Below the pieces are notes generated by a model. It worked only from the letters and a program-made list of their open reading frames with translations, was not told the origin of the DNA and did no database searches. From Octopus bimaculoides (lineage: Eukaryota): DNA of 64,000 nucleotides. Position numbers and translations under genes: made by a program. The stretch is taken from assembly GCF_001194135.2 (NCBI RefSeq), contig NC_068990.1, positions 45,591,628 through 45,655,627 on the forward strand. Direction: 5' to 3'. Positions 63,376-64,000 of this stretch are shown piece by piece; the first letter of the stretch is position 1; every line of letters starts with the position of its first letter.

Positions 63376-64000
63376 CCCCTATACTAAAGGCACAAGGCCT
63401 GAAATTTTGGGGGAGGGGATTAGTCAATTACATCAACCTCAGTGTTTCACTGGTACTTAATTTATCAACCCCAAAAGGATGAAAGACAAAGTTGACCTCA
63501 GTGGAATTTGAACTCAGAACGTAAAGACAGATGAAATGCCACTAAGCATTTTGCCCAGCATGCCAATGATTCTGCCAGCTTGCAGCCTTAATAATAATAA
63601 TAATAATAATAATCCTTTCTACTAAAAGCACAAGGCCTGGATTTTTGTGGGGAGGGGGGGGGCAATCAATCACATCGACATCAGTACTTGACTGGTACTT
63701 AATTCATTGACCCCAAAAGGATGAAAGGCAAAGTTGAATTTGGTGGAATTTGAGCTCAGAATGTAACGATAGATGAAATACCACTAAGCATTTTGCCCAG
63801 CATGCTAATGATTCTGCCAGCTCACCACCTTAATAATAACAATAATAATAATAATAATAATAATAATCCTTTCTGCTAAAGGCACAAGGCCTGGAATTTG
63901 TGGGGAGGGGGATAGTCGACCACATCAACCTCAGTACTTGATTGCTACTTAATTTACTGACCCCGAAAGGATGAAAGGCAAAGTTGACCTTGGCAGAATT
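62581..64000 (-). mobile_element. Head-to-tail array of 7 family-A SINE copies separated by (TAA)n
   Basis: Copies at about 62581-62760, 62781-62990, 62991-63142, 63160-63334, 63375-63588, 63613-63830 and 63867 to the end, all in the same orientation. Confidence 0.9.

Overview
This window is AT-rich, repeat-dense animal genomic DNA from a gapped short-read assembly with many N runs next to microsatellites. The SINE, LINE and MITE families look like those of Octopus; this is inferred from recalled repeat motifs, not from a database search. Two host loci are present. (1) An intact, intronless 261-aa tetraspanin (14294-15079, +) has a tandem paralogue about 9 kb upstream (5140 to about 6900). 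The paralogue carries nonsense mutations, a deletion and a 1035-bp solo LTR insertion. (2) The 3' part of a SMAP1/2-type ArfGAP gene lies on the minus strand. Eight coding exons between 51656 and 27156 join in frame with GT-AG ends and finish in GQTLSTNLWQ*. The ArfGAP-domain exons are not in the window, but there is a candidate alternative first exon at 58105-58158. The rest is mobile DNA: the 5' end of a young Gypsy element (LTR plus open gag), Merlin and Tc1/mariner remnants, hAT- and piggyBac-like MITEs, R4/Dong-like and RTE LINE remnants, many tRNA-derived SINEs and a degenerate minisatellite. The most unusual observations are the tetraspanin birth-and-death pair, a Gypsy primer-binding position matching the 5' (not 3') end of tRNA-Phe, a precise 5'-inverted RTE insertion, a 463-bp intronic palindrome and possible alternative SMAP isoforms. 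No CRISPR, rRNA or intact tRNA gene was seen.
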